Assembly: GCA_963805625.1 (NCBI GenBank)
Contig: CAWDVE010000017.1
Location: forward strand, 192,001 to 256,000
Reading direction: 5' to 3'
Origin: an uncultured Candidatus Rokubacteria bacterium
GTDB lineage: Bacteria; Methylomirabilota; Methylomirabilia; Rokubacteriales; DASRDR01
Length of the DNA stretch: 64,000 nucleotides
Positions 41,278 to 50,521 of this stretch are shown in pieces. Under the pieces are notes generated by a model. That model worked only from the letters and a program-made list of their open reading frames with translations. It was not told where the DNA came from and did no database searches. Positions within the stretch are counted from its first letter, which is position 1, and the number at the start of each line of letters is the position of its first letter. Made by a program: the position numbers and the translations under genes.

Positions 41278-42126
41278 TCAGACGGAGCGGAAGCGGGGCG
41301 GGTCGCCGGGCAGGCGGACGACGCGCCCCTCGCGCTCGAGCTTGGCGAGGTGCGAGAGGACGGACAGCCGGGCCACCGGATGGAGCGCGGCCGCCACCTC
41401 CCGATACACGCGGGCGACGATGTCAGCCACGGTCTCGGCACCGGCGCCGACGGCGGCGAGGATCTGCGCGTCGCGCTCGAGCCGGTGGGCGATGTAGCCC
41501 TCGACGACCGGCCGGGCGGGCTCGAGGACCGGGCCGTGCGCCGGGTAGATGCGCTGGACGTCCAGCTGGAGGACCCGCCGGAGGGACGCGAGGTAGTCGC
41601 CGAGGTCGCCGTCGTCGGGCGGGATCACCGTTGTCGAGCCGCCCAGGATGAGGTCGCCGGTGAAGAGCGCCCGCTCCTCCTCGAGGTAGTAGCAGAGGTG
41701 GTCCGACGCGTGCCCCGGCGTGTAGACCGCGTGGAGGGTGACGCCGTCCCCCTGGATCACCGAGCCGTCGGCGAGGGACTTCATGGAGACCGGGAGGGTG
41801 GCGTCGTTCTTCACGAGCTTCGCGACGGGGACCCGCGGGAACGCCCGCCGCACGTCGGGCACGCCGCCGATGTGGTCGACGTGCCGGTGCGTCAGGATGA
41901 CCCGGGACACCTTCTCCGAGCCCTCGGCGGCGAGGAACGCTGTCAGGAGGCGGATGTAGCCCGGTACGCCCGCCCCCGTGTCGAGCAGGATCGGCCGGCG
42001 CGCCCCCACGAGGTACGTGTTGGTGCCGGGCCCGGTCATGAGCCCGGGGTTCAGCCCGAGGACGCGCCCGACCAGGGGCGTGAGGCGCGCCGTCTCGGGG
42101 ATCACCGACGGACGGGGCGCGCTCAC
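41278..42126 (-). CDS. MBL-fold metallo-hydrolase (LACTB2-like)
   Basis: Motifs NPGLMTGPGTNTY, THRHVDH, TPGH, GD and PAHG. Confidence 0.92.
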   Translation of the reverse strand: MSAPRPSVIPETARLTPLVGRVLGLNPGLMTGPGTNTYLVGARRPILLDTGAGVPGYIRLLTAFLAAEGSEKVSRVILTHRHVDHIGGVPDVRRAFPRVPVAKLVKNDATLPVSMKSLADGSVIQGDGVTLHAVYTPGHASDHLCYYLEEERALFTGDLILGGSTTVIPPDDGDLGDYLASLRRVLQLDVQRIYPAHGPVLEPARPVVEGYIAHRLERDAQILAAVGAGAETVADIVARVYREVAAALHPVARLSVLSHLAKLEREGRVVRLPGDPPRFRSV

Positions 42127-42920
42127 GCGGGCCGCACCACCGTCGACCAGTCGAAGAGGTAGTAGCGCGCAGCGTCCAAGCGGTCGATGATGCCGTGGAA
42201 CTTCGCCCGCCCGTCGGCGTGGTGCCGCCACACGGCCTCGTACGACTCGAACTGGGCGAGGTACTGCGTCCCATACTCGGCCGGCTCCGCCATGGGCCAG
42301 TCGCCGCCGCGGAAGCGGCAGTGCGCCTCGGCCGGATCCACCCAGAAGCCCTCCGAGGCCTCCTCGGCGATGAGCCGGGGCCCCTGGCCGGCCGGGACGG
42401 GGCAGAGGAAGAAGCGGGCGGAGAAGCGGATCGGGCTCGCCGGCGGTGTCACGAATTGAGAGAGATAGGCGAGCGGCGCGAGGTCCGCGAACCACTCCTC
42501 TGCGGCCAGGACCGCGGTGAACGAGCGCTCGCCGCGGACGAGGCACCGCCGGTGGCTCTCGAGTCGGGGGGCGACATTCGGCGCGCCCGCCGCGACGGGC
42601 CGCCCCTCGGCGTCGCGGGCCAGCAGCACGCCGGTCTCCTCGAAGACCTCGCGCACGCCGGCGAGCCAGTAGGCGAGGGCGGGCACCTCGTCCGCCGGAT
42701 CGTCGATCGCCCGCGCGGCGGCCTCGGGCGAGAGCCCGCGGGTCCGGGCGAGCGCGTCGTGGCTCCGGTCGGCCAGGTCGACCTTGCCGCCGGGGAAGGC
42801 GTAGTAGCCTCCGAGGAAGCGCATGTCGCGCGCCCGGCGGATCAGGAACACCTCGATTGCCGCGGCGCGCCCGGGCCGGATCAACAGGACGGAGGCCGCG
42901 GGCCGAGGCTCGACGGGCAC
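42123..42920 (-). CDS. NUDIX hydrolase (NUDT19-like)
   Basis: Motifs AFPGGKVD and GVREVFEETG. TGC-TACACT lies 7 nt before the GTG. Confidence 0.9.
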   Translation of the reverse strand: MPVEPRPAASVLLIRPGRAAAIEVFLIRRARDMRFLGGYYAFPGGKVDLADRSHDALARTRGLSPEAAARAIDDPADEVPALAYWLAGVREVFEETGVLLARDAEGRPVAAGAPNVAPRLESHRRCLVRGERSFTAVLAAEEWFADLAPLAYLSQFVTPPASPIRFSARFFLCPVPAGQGPRLIAEEASEGFWVDPAEAHCRFRGGDWPMAEPAEYGTQYLAQFESYEAVWRHHADGRAKFHGIIDRLDAARYYLFDWSTVVRPA

Positions 42921-43095
42921 GACGGCGAGTGTAGCACGCGCGTTCGCGCCGCTCGCCGGGCGGCCGCCGTCACGTCACCCGGAAGAGAATCGCGGCGTTC
43001 CCCCGCGGGATGCGGGTGCGGTCGGCCGGGTGGAGGCCGAGGCGCTCGAGAGTGCGGCGCGGGCCGCACAGCCCCGGCGGCGGCCAGGGTGGAGA

Positions 43096-44115
43096 CTAAC
43101 CGGCGAGAGACTCCCAGTCGCCCTCGGAGGCGTCGAGCGCGAGCGCGAGGCTTCCATTGGAGCCGGCGAAGACCGGGTCCTCCACCACGCGCACGGCGCC
43201 GCCGCCGTAGTCGGCGAGGGCCCGCTCCATGGCGGCGGCCAGGCCCGGAACCTGCGACCCGCCTCCCGCCAGGATGATGTTGTGGCGGACGCGCTCCTGG
43301 TACTCGGGCTCCACTCGCGCCAGGAGATCCGCCATCGTCTCCGTGACGGGCGCTACCAGGCTCTCGCACGCGCGGCGCATCTCGCTCGTGATGTCGATCT
43401 GCGTGGCCTTGGCGGCTTTCTGGACGGTGACGACGACGGGCCCCGGAGGCTCGCCGACGAAGCTCCACTTCTCCTTCCACTCCCGGACCATGTAGATGGA
43501 GAACTGGGCGTCGGGGTGCTTGGTCCGGACGAGCGTCATCAGCTGCTCGTCCACCGAATCCCCGGCGTTCGTGAGCGTCCGCTGATCTTCCTCGGTGGGG
43601 TAGCGGCCCCGCATGACGCAGAAGTCGGTCGTCCCGGCGCCGATGTCGACGATCATCGTGTGGAGCAGCGCGTCCATCCCGTAGGACACGGCGAACGGCT
43701 CGGACACGATCATCAGGGCGTCGGCAACCCCTTTGACGGCGTTCCGCAGGTTCTGCCGGCTCACGCGGAGCGCTTCCGCGGGCACGCCCACGACCGCGCG
43801 GATCGGCTGGCCCTCGCGCCCGCCGGCCAGCGAGATCAGGTGCCGCAGGAGCTCGCGCACCGCCAGCTCGTCCTGCTCCGATCCCTCCTTGATCAGGCCC
43901 CGCTCGAGGGGGCGGCGCAGATCGAGCATCGGCCGGCTGTCGAGGGCCTCCCGGCCGAAGAGGATGGGCTTCTTCACGAGGCGTCGGGCCACCATGTCAA
44001 CCGGCCACCCGACGTAGCTCTCGACCACGTGGCGGCCGCCGTTCGAGGCGGAGATCGAGCTGCGGGAGGTTCCCAGATCGATGCCGACGTGAAGGACATC
44101 GGTCTTCTTGGTCAT
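43096..44115 (-). CDS. MamK-family actin-like protein
   Basis: GIDLGTSR, VSEPFAVSYG, VDIGAGTTD, EDQRTLTNAG, KEKWSFVG, PEYQ..NIILAGGGS and DPVFAG..W..L. These match MamK rather than MreB (DLGTAN, EPMAAA, DIGGGTTE). Confidence 0.88.
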   Translation of the reverse strand: MTKKTDVLHVGIDLGTSRSSISASNGGRHVVESYVGWPVDMVARRLVKKPILFGREALDSRPMLDLRRPLERGLIKEGSEQDELAVRELLRHLISLAGGREGQPIRAVVGVPAEALRVSRQNLRNAVKGVADALMIVSEPFAVSYGMDALLHTMIVDIGAGTTDFCVMRGRYPTEEDQRTLTNAGDSVDEQLMTLVRTKHPDAQFSIYMVREWKEKWSFVGEPPGPVVVTVQKAAKATQIDITSEMRRACESLVAPVTETMADLLARVEPEYQERVRHNIILAGGGSQVPGLAAAMERALADYGGGAVRVVEDPVFAGSNGSLALALDASEGDWESLAG

Positions 44116-45099
44116 CTACTGGCTCCCTGGGGCCTGGCCCAGCGTGGCGACGCGGTTGCGAGCCTCCGCGTACGCGTGGATGCCGTGGAAGAGCGCGCGC
44201 GCGATGCGCTGGCGGTAGGCCGGGTCGGCGAGCCGGCCGGCCTCCTCGTCGTTCGACAGGCACGAGACCTCGGCGAGGATGCCGGGGCTCTCCGTGGCGA
44301 CGAGGACCAGGAACGGCGCACTGCGCACCCCCTTGTCCCGGATCGCGGGGTTCGTGTTGCCCAGGACGGTCACCAGCTCCTGCTGGACGACCTGGGCCAG
44401 CTTCCGTGACTCCGCCTGGCGGACATGGGCATACACGCCTTCGAGGAGCCGGCGGAAGTCGGCCAGATGATAGCCCGATTCGTGGTTCTCCTTGCCCGCA
44501 AGCTGTTCGGCGCGCGGGTCGTCGGCCGGGCCGAGATAGTACGTCTCGACGGCGTGGCACTCCCGTGACGGGACCGAGTTGACGTGGATCGACACGAACA
44601 GATCGGCCCGCTCGACGTTGGCCGTCTGAGCCCGCTCCCGGAGGGACACGAAAGTGTCGGCGTCCCGCGTCATGGCGACGTCGTACTTCACGCGCTTGAG
44701 GAGGGCCCGCACCTCCCGGGCGATCTCGAGCGTGATCTCCTTTTCCCACACGCCCTGGGCCCGGGCGCCGGAGTCGTTCCCGCCGTGTCCCGGATCCAGC
44801 ACGAGCTTCTTGACGCCGAGGGCCGCGGTCACAGGACCGATCGCCTTCGGCGCCCGGAAGGTCAGGACCGTGGGCGCCGTCGCCAGCACGGCCGCGCGGT
44901 CGGGCGCGCTCCCGGACAGGGGGTTGTAGGCGAGGAGCCCGAGCGTCGGGAGGGCGACGAGGAGGGTGGCCTGGATGGCCCCCCGCCGGACCCGGGTGCT
45001 GACGCGGAGCGGCGGCGGCGGGAGCCCGCGAATCGTGTCGACGTTCTCCCGGACGGCCCCCCGGAGGACCCGTCGCTTGAGCCGGTCGGATGGCACCAT
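44116..45099 (-). CDS. N-acetylmuramoyl-L-alanine amidase (Amidase_3) with N-terminal membrane anchor
   Basis: LDPGHGG, EKEITL, MTRDAD, SIHVNS, APFLVL and LAEVSCLSN. Its stop codon directly abuts the actin ATG (TAGATG). Confidence 0.92.
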   Translation of the reverse strand: MVPSDRLKRRVLRGAVRENVDTIRGLPPPPLRVSTRVRRGAIQATLLVALPTLGLLAYNPLSGSAPDRAAVLATAPTVLTFRAPKAIGPVTAALGVKKLVLDPGHGGNDSGARAQGVWEKEITLEIAREVRALLKRVKYDVAMTRDADTFVSLRERAQTANVERADLFVSIHVNSVPSRECHAVETYYLGPADDPRAEQLAGKENHESGYHLADFRRLLEGVYAHVRQAESRKLAQVVQQELVTVLGNTNPAIRDKGVRSAPFLVLVATESPGILAEVSCLSNDEEAGRLADPAYRQRIARALFHGIHAYAEARNRVATLGQAPGSQ

Positions 45100-45110
45100 C
45101 GGCCGGGCGG

Positions 45111-46258
45111 CTAGAGCTCCAGCAGCCGTGCCACGCGTTCGCGGTGGAGCGTCGCGTCGCCGAACGCGACCTCCGAGCCCTTGGCGCGCTTGAAGTAGAG
45201 GTGCATGTCGTGCTCCCACGTGAAGCCGATGCCCCCGTGAACCTGGATCCCGTCGCCGGCGACCTTCCGGTAGGCGTCGGACACGAAGGCCTTGGCCATC
45301 GAGGCGGCCAGCATCGCGTCGGGCGCGTCCTGGTCGGCCGCCCACGCAGCATAGTAGGTGATGGACTTCGCGTTTTCGACGGCCACCAGCATGTCCGCGC
45401 ATCGGTGCTTGACCGCCTGGTAGGCTCCGATCGGCCGCCCGAAGGCGACGCGCACCTTCGCGTACTCGGTGGAGAGGTCCAGGACCTTCTGCGCCCCGCC
45501 GCACATCTCGGCGGAGAGGGCGACGGCGGCCCGGTCGAGCACGCGGGCCACCACCGGCCACCCCTGGTGGAGCGGCCCGAGAAGCGCATCAGGCCCGACC
45601 TCGACGCGCCGGAACGCGACCTCGGCGAGCTTCCGCGTCTGGTCCATCGTCGGCAGGAGGGTGGTGGTGACCCTCTTCCGATCCGCCGGCACTAGGAAGA
45701 GGCTCACGCCGTGCGCCGGGTCCTCCTTCGTCGCGCGCGCGGTCCGCGCGGCCACGACGAGGAGATCCGCCGTGTGCCCGTCGGGCACGAAGAGCTTCGT
45801 GCCCGAGAGGACGAAACCGCCGGCCTTTCCGGGCTTGGCGGCGACCTCGACCCCGGCGGCGTCCCAGCGGGCGCTCTCCTCGAGGAGCGCGAGAGTCGCA
45901 CGGGCGTCACCGGAGGCGATGCGGGGGAGCCATGCCTCCTTCTGGGCGTCCGAGCCCGCCTGGAGGATCGCGAGCCCGCCCAGGAGCACGGTCGAGAAGA
46001 ACGGCCCCGGCATGACGACGCGCCCCATCTCCTCGAGGACGACCGTGAGGTCGACGAGCCCCAGCCCTCCCCCCCGTGAGCCTCGGGATAGATCAGGCCG
46101 AGCCACCCGAGCTCCGCGAGCTTGCCCCAGAAGTCGTCGGTCGTGCCGACCGGATCGTCCATCATCCGGCGGACGAAGCCGGAGGGACACTCCTTCTCGA
46201 GGAAGCTCCGCGCCGTCTGGCGCAGGAGTTCCTGTTCCTGGCTGAATCCAAAGTCCAT
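45111..46258 (-). CDS. Acyl-CoA dehydrogenase (partner subunit of a heteromeric pair), frameshifted at a G7 run
   Basis: MDFGFSQEQ N-terminus in one frame; LGLVDL...IQVHGGIGFTWEHD in another. The shift lies at or near 46069-46075. Confidence 0.85.
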
Positions 46259-46302
46259 CAGTTCACGTGGGGTCGGCGGCGAGATGAATAGCTCACGCTT
46301 GG

Positions 46303-47496
46303 TCAGTCCTTCGGCAGGCCGAGGACGCGCTCGGCCAGAATGTTCCGCTGGATCTCCGTGGTGCCACCCTCGATCGAGTTGGCGCGGGACCGGAGGAACG
46401 TGTAGTGCCAGTTACCCCGGTCGACCGCCCAGGGTGAGCCCCGGCCGAGCTGTCCGTAGGCGCCGAGGAGCTCCTGGGCGAGATCCTGGAGCGCCTGATG
46501 CCGGTCGCACCACCAGATCTTCCCGGCCGAGGCCTCGGAGCCCGGCATCTCGCCGCGCAGGAGCTTGGTGATGGCGCGCTTGGCCGTGTACTTGAACACC
46601 GCGTTGTCGATGACCAGCTGCGCGAGCCGCTGGCGAAGCACCGGATCCTTCGCGGCGGGCCGGCCCTCGCGCGACATCCGACGAGCCAGATCGAGCGTCG
46701 CGCCGGTGGCGATCTCGAACCGCGCCTGGAGCCCGAACCCGAGCGCCAGCCGCTCGTACATGAGGGTCGTGATCCCCACCTGCCAGCCCTGGCCCTCGGT
46801 GCCGAGGATGTTCTCGGCGGGCACGCGGACGTTCTCGAAGAACACCTCGTTGAACTCGGCGTCGCCGGTGAGCTGGCGGAGCGGGCGGACGGTGATGCCT
46901 GGCGAGTGCATGTCGACGAGGAAGTAGGTCAGCCCCTTGTGCTTCGCCACGCTCGGATCGGTGCGGGCGAGCAGCATCATCCAGTCGGAGATCTGCGCGA
47001 GGCTGGTCCAAACCTTCTGGCCGTTGACGACGTAGTGGTCACCGTCCTTCACGGCCCGGGTCTGGAGCGACGCGAGATCCGAGCCCGCGTTGGGCTCGGA
47101 GTAGCCCTGGCACCAGATCTCCTCGCAGGTGAGGATCTTCTGGAGATGGCGCTGCTTCTGCGCGTCGGTACCGTAGGCGATGATCGTCGGGCCGGCCATG
47201 CCGAGGCCGAGGATGTTGAGCGGCGGCGGCGCCCGATGGAGGACCAGCTCCTCGTGGAGGAGGAGTTCCTCCATCCACGTGAGCCCGCGCCCACCGAACT
47301 CCTTCGGCCACGTGAGACCCAGGAACCCGGCCTCGTGAAGCCTCCGCTGCCAATGGCGGCCGAACTCGTAGAGCTCGGCCCGCGGCACGTCGCTCACGAC
47401 CGGGCGCGCGGCCCAGTCGGGGGGCAGGTTAGCCGAGAGCCAGGCCCGCACCTCGGTGCGAAACGTCTCCTGCTCGGGGGTGAGCCTGAAGTCCAT
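46303..47496 (-). CDS. Acyl-CoA dehydrogenase
   Basis: Motifs WCQGYSEPNAGSDLA, NGQKVWTS, FNEVFF and SIEGGTTEIQRN. Confidence 0.95.
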   Translation of the reverse strand: MDFRLTPEQETFRTEVRAWLSANLPPDWAARPVVSDVPRAELYEFGRHWQRRLHEAGFLGLTWPKEFGGRGLTWMEELLLHEELVLHRAPPPLNILGLGMAGPTIIAYGTDAQKQRHLQKILTCEEIWCQGYSEPNAGSDLASLQTRAVKDGDHYVVNGQKVWTSLAQISDWMMLLARTDPSVAKHKGLTYFLVDMHSPGITVRPLRQLTGDAEFNEVFFENVRVPAENILGTEGQGWQVGITTLMYERLALGFGLQARFEIATGATLDLARRMSREGRPAAKDPVLRQRLAQLVIDNAVFKYTAKRAITKLLRGEMPGSEASAGKIWWCDRHQALQDLAQELLGAYGQLGRGSPWAVDRGNWHYTFLRSRANSIEGGTTEIQRNILAERVLGLPKD

Positions 47497-47687
47497 CGAT
47501 CCTCCGCGGCCTGGAATCGAGCGCCGCCAGTATATAGTACCCGGTCCGCTGGCCGCGACGAACGCACCGGGGGCTCCGGCCTGCTTCTGCACCAGTTTTG
47601 GGGCACCCCGGCGGCTTGCGTCGGCGGAGCGCGGATGCCATCCTCACGATGCTGGCGGGTAGCTCACCGGAGGGAGCCGACCGACTC

Positions 47688-49067
47688 ATGCGAGCCCAGA
47701 CGCTCAAGATCGAGCACGCCTGCTACGTCGTCACCCTCGACGGCGACCGGCGGATCATCCAGGACGGTTCGATCCTCGTCGAGGGCCAGCGGATCGGCCG
47801 GGTCGGCAAGGCGGCCGAGCTGGCGGACGCTCCGGCCGACCGCGTGATCGACGCCCGCCACCTCCTGGTAACCCCCGGCTTCGTCAACGGCCACATGCAC
47901 ATCAGCTACGCCCACGCCGTGCGCGGCATTTTCCTGGACGATCTGGGCAGCCCGCTGCCCTACGTCTTCCGGCTCCAGATGGCGATGACGGAGGAAGAGG
48001 AGTACGCCACGACGCTGCTCGGCCTCGTGGAGCTCCTCAAGAGCGGCACCGTCGGCTTCGTCGATCCCGGCAGCACCAAGTTCCCGGACGCGTGTCTGCA
48101 GGCGTACGAGGACGCGGGCATCCGCGTGATCCTCGGCGAGTGCGTGGCGGACCGGGAGGCCCCGTTCCCGCTGCCCCGCTATGGCACCGAGGAGGCGATC
48201 GCCCGCACGGCGTCCTTCGTCCGGAAATGGGACGGCCGTCTCCACGGTCGCATCCGGGCGTGGGCGATGCCGTTCTCGCCGGAGACCTGCAGCGCCGATC
48301 TCCTGGGAGGCCTCAAGCGCCTGGCGGACGAGCACGGGACCGGGCTCACGCTCCACCACGGAAGCGGCCCCGAGGCGCGGCGGGAGTCCCTCGCGCGGTA
48401 CGGGCTCAGCCCCACCGAGCAGCTCGAGTCGAACGGGGTCCTCGGCCCGAACGTCCTGCTATCCCACGTGCTGGGCCTCGACGACGCCGAGATCGAGTGC
48501 CTCGCCCGGACCGGCACCGCGGTGGCGATGTGCCCGGTCACCGCCGCCAAGGGCGCCAAGGGGATCGCCGTGCAGGGCCGGATGCCGGAGCTCCTCCGGC
48601 GGGGCGTGCGGGTCGCACTGGGCTGCGACTCGCCCAACAACTCAAACCATCTCGACATGGTGCGGACCATGAACATGGCGGCCATCCAGTACAAGGACGC
48701 CCGCCAGGACATGCACCAGATCCCGGCCGAGCAGGCGCTCGAGATGGCCACGCTCGTCGGCGCGCAGGCGCTCGGGCTGGGCCACGAGCTGGGCTCGATC
48801 GCGCCGGGCAAGCGCGCGGACCTCGTCCTGTTCGACACCCAGCGCCCCGAATGGCAGGCTCTGTTCAACCCGGTCAACAACCTCGTCTACAATGCCGACG
48901 GCCGGAGCGTGCACACCGTGGTCGTGGACGGCCGCGTCGTCGTGGACGCCTACCGCCAGTCCTTCGTGGAGGAGGCGCGACTCTTCGCGCGCGTCCAGGA
49001 GATCGGCGAGCGGCTCCTGACCCGGACCGGCGTCACGCTGCCGCGCTCGCGTTGGCCGATCGTCTGA
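47688..49067 (+). CDS. Amidohydrolase family (deaminase-like)
   Basis: Motifs PGFVNGHMH, ALGCD and GSIAPGKRADLV. Confidence 0.9.
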   Translation: MRAQTLKIEHACYVVTLDGDRRIIQDGSILVEGQRIGRVGKAAELADAPADRVIDARHLLVTPGFVNGHMHISYAHAVRGIFLDDLGSPLPYVFRLQMAMTEEEEYATTLLGLVELLKSGTVGFVDPGSTKFPDACLQAYEDAGIRVILGECVADREAPFPLPRYGTEEAIARTASFVRKWDGRLHGRIRAWAMPFSPETCSADLLGGLKRLADEHGTGLTLHHGSGPEARRESLARYGLSPTEQLESNGVLGPNVLLSHVLGLDDAEIECLARTGTAVAMCPVTAAKGAKGIAVQGRMPELLRRGVRVALGCDSPNNSNHLDMVRTMNMAAIQYKDARQDMHQIPAEQALEMATLVGAQALGLGHELGSIAPGKRADLVLFDTQRPEWQALFNPVNNLVYNADGRSVHTVVVDGRVVVDAYRQSFVEEARLFARVQEIGERLLTRTGVTLPRSRWPIV

Positions 49068-49069
49068 CC

Positions 49070-50521
49070 GTGGGCCCTCGCCGCCCGGTCTGGCCGGTCG
49101 TCCTCGCCGTTCAGCTCGGCGTTCTCCTCGCGGCGCTCGACGCGACGATCGTCGGGACCGCCATGCCCACGGTGATCGCCGCCCTCGGCGGCGCCCACCT
49201 CTACCCCTGGGTCTTCTCCATCTACATGCTCGCGTCCACGGTGGTGATGCCGGTCTTCGGCGGCCTCTCGGATCGGCTCGGGCGTCGCGGCCCCTTCGTC
49301 GCCGCCATCGTCATCTTCTGCGCGGGCTCCCTCATGGCCGGGGTCGCCACCAGCATGCCGGTCCTGGTGGCGGGGCGCGGGGTCCAGGGCGTGGGCGCGG
49401 GCGGCATCCTGGCGCTCTCGCTCATCATTTTCGGGGATCTATTCGCCGGCCCGCGCCGGGGTCAGATGCAGGGGCTCATCACCGCGGTGTGGGGCGTCGC
49501 GAGCATCGCGGGGCCGCTCCTCGGAGGCATCATCGTCGACGGCTGGAGCTGGCGCTGGGTCTTTCTCCTGAACCTCCCGCTCGGCGCGGTCGTCATCGGC
49601 CTGGCCGTGGGAGGCTTGGCGGAGACCGGGGAGCACGTCGCCGGCCGGACGCTCGACCTGGCAGGTGCGCTGACATTCCTAGCGGGCGTGACCGGCCTCA
49701 TGCTGTTCGTGCTCGAGCCCGGCTCGCCCGGGCATGGCGGCCTCGGCGCCGGCCAGCTCGGCGCGTTCACCGTCGCCGCCCTCGGTCTCGCGGGGTTCGT
49801 GTGGGCCGAGCGGCGCTCGGCGGATCCGCTCCTGCCGTTCAGCCTCTTCAAGGAGATGCCGTTCGCCGCGGGCTCCGCCGCGGCGTTCTTCTCGGGCGCC
49901 GCGATGTTCGGGGCGCTCGTGCACGTGCCGCTCCTGGTCCAGTGGGGGCGCGGGACCGATGCGACCACGGCCGGGCTCTCGCTGATGACGATGAGCACGG
50001 GCTGGTCGGTCGGCGGACTCTTCGCGGGGCAGGTTCTGAACCGGCTCGGGTTCCGCCCCCTCGCGCTCGCGGGCGCCGCCCTCATGACGCTCGGGTACAC
50101 CGCGCTGGCCCTCAAGCCGGACGTCGACTGGGTGGGGCTCATGGTCGTTGGCGGAGCGATCGGGGTGGGAATGGGCCTCCTTTCCATCACCCTGGTCGTC
50201 GGCGTGCAGACTGCGATCGAGCCCGCGCGGCGGGGAGTGGCGACCTCGGGCGTTCTCTTCTTCCGCAACATCGGCGCGACGCTCGGCGTCGCCGTCATGG
50301 GCGCGAGCCTCACAGCGCGGCTCGGCGTCCGGCTGGCCGGCCTCGAGGAGGGCGCGCGGCACTTGCCGCCGGACCTCGTCCCTGCCCTCCTGGAGGCGAT
50401 CGGCTTCGTCTTCTGGCTCGGGGCCGGCGCGACGGTGCTGACGTTGATCGCGACCTGCTTCCTGCCGGACGGAACCCCCCGGACCGCCAGGGCCTCCGCG
50501 CGCGGGGAGGTGCTCGGATGA
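49070..50521 (+). CDS. MFS transporter, DHA2/MDR type
   Basis: Motifs LDATIVGTAMP, SDRLGRR, GPLLGG and WRWVFLLNLP. Confidence 0.92.
   Translation: MGPRRPVWPVVLAVQLGVLLAALDATIVGTAMPTVIAALGGAHLYPWVFSIYMLASTVVMPVFGGLSDRLGRRGPFVAAIVIFCAGSLMAGVATSMPVLVAGRGVQGVGAGGILALSLIIFGDLFAGPRRGQMQGLITAVWGVASIAGPLLGGIIVDGWSWRWVFLLNLPLGAVVIGLAVGGLAETGEHVAGRTLDLAGALTFLAGVTGLMLFVLEPGSPGHGGLGAGQLGAFTVAALGLAGFVWAERRSADPLLPFSLFKEMPFAAGSAAAFFSGAAMFGALVHVPLLVQWGRGTDATTAGLSLMTMSTGWSVGGLFAGQVLNRLGFRPLALAGAALMTLGYTALALKPDVDWVGLMVVGGAIGVGMGLLSITLVVGVQTAIEPARRGVATSGVLFFRNIGATLGVAVMGASLTARLGVRLAGLEEGARHLPPDLVPALLEAIGFVFWLGAGATVLTLIATCFLPDGTPRTARASARGEVLG

Noticed and set aside
42921-43095. Structured RNA or repeat downstream of the MamK-like gene
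   Set aside because: GC-rich spacer with no clear repeat or known RNA motif beyond the NUDIX promoter.
43096-44115. Ordinary MreB or plasmid ParM
   Set aside because: It lacks the MreB motifs and mreC/mreD neighbours; there is no ParR-like gene or centromere repeats.
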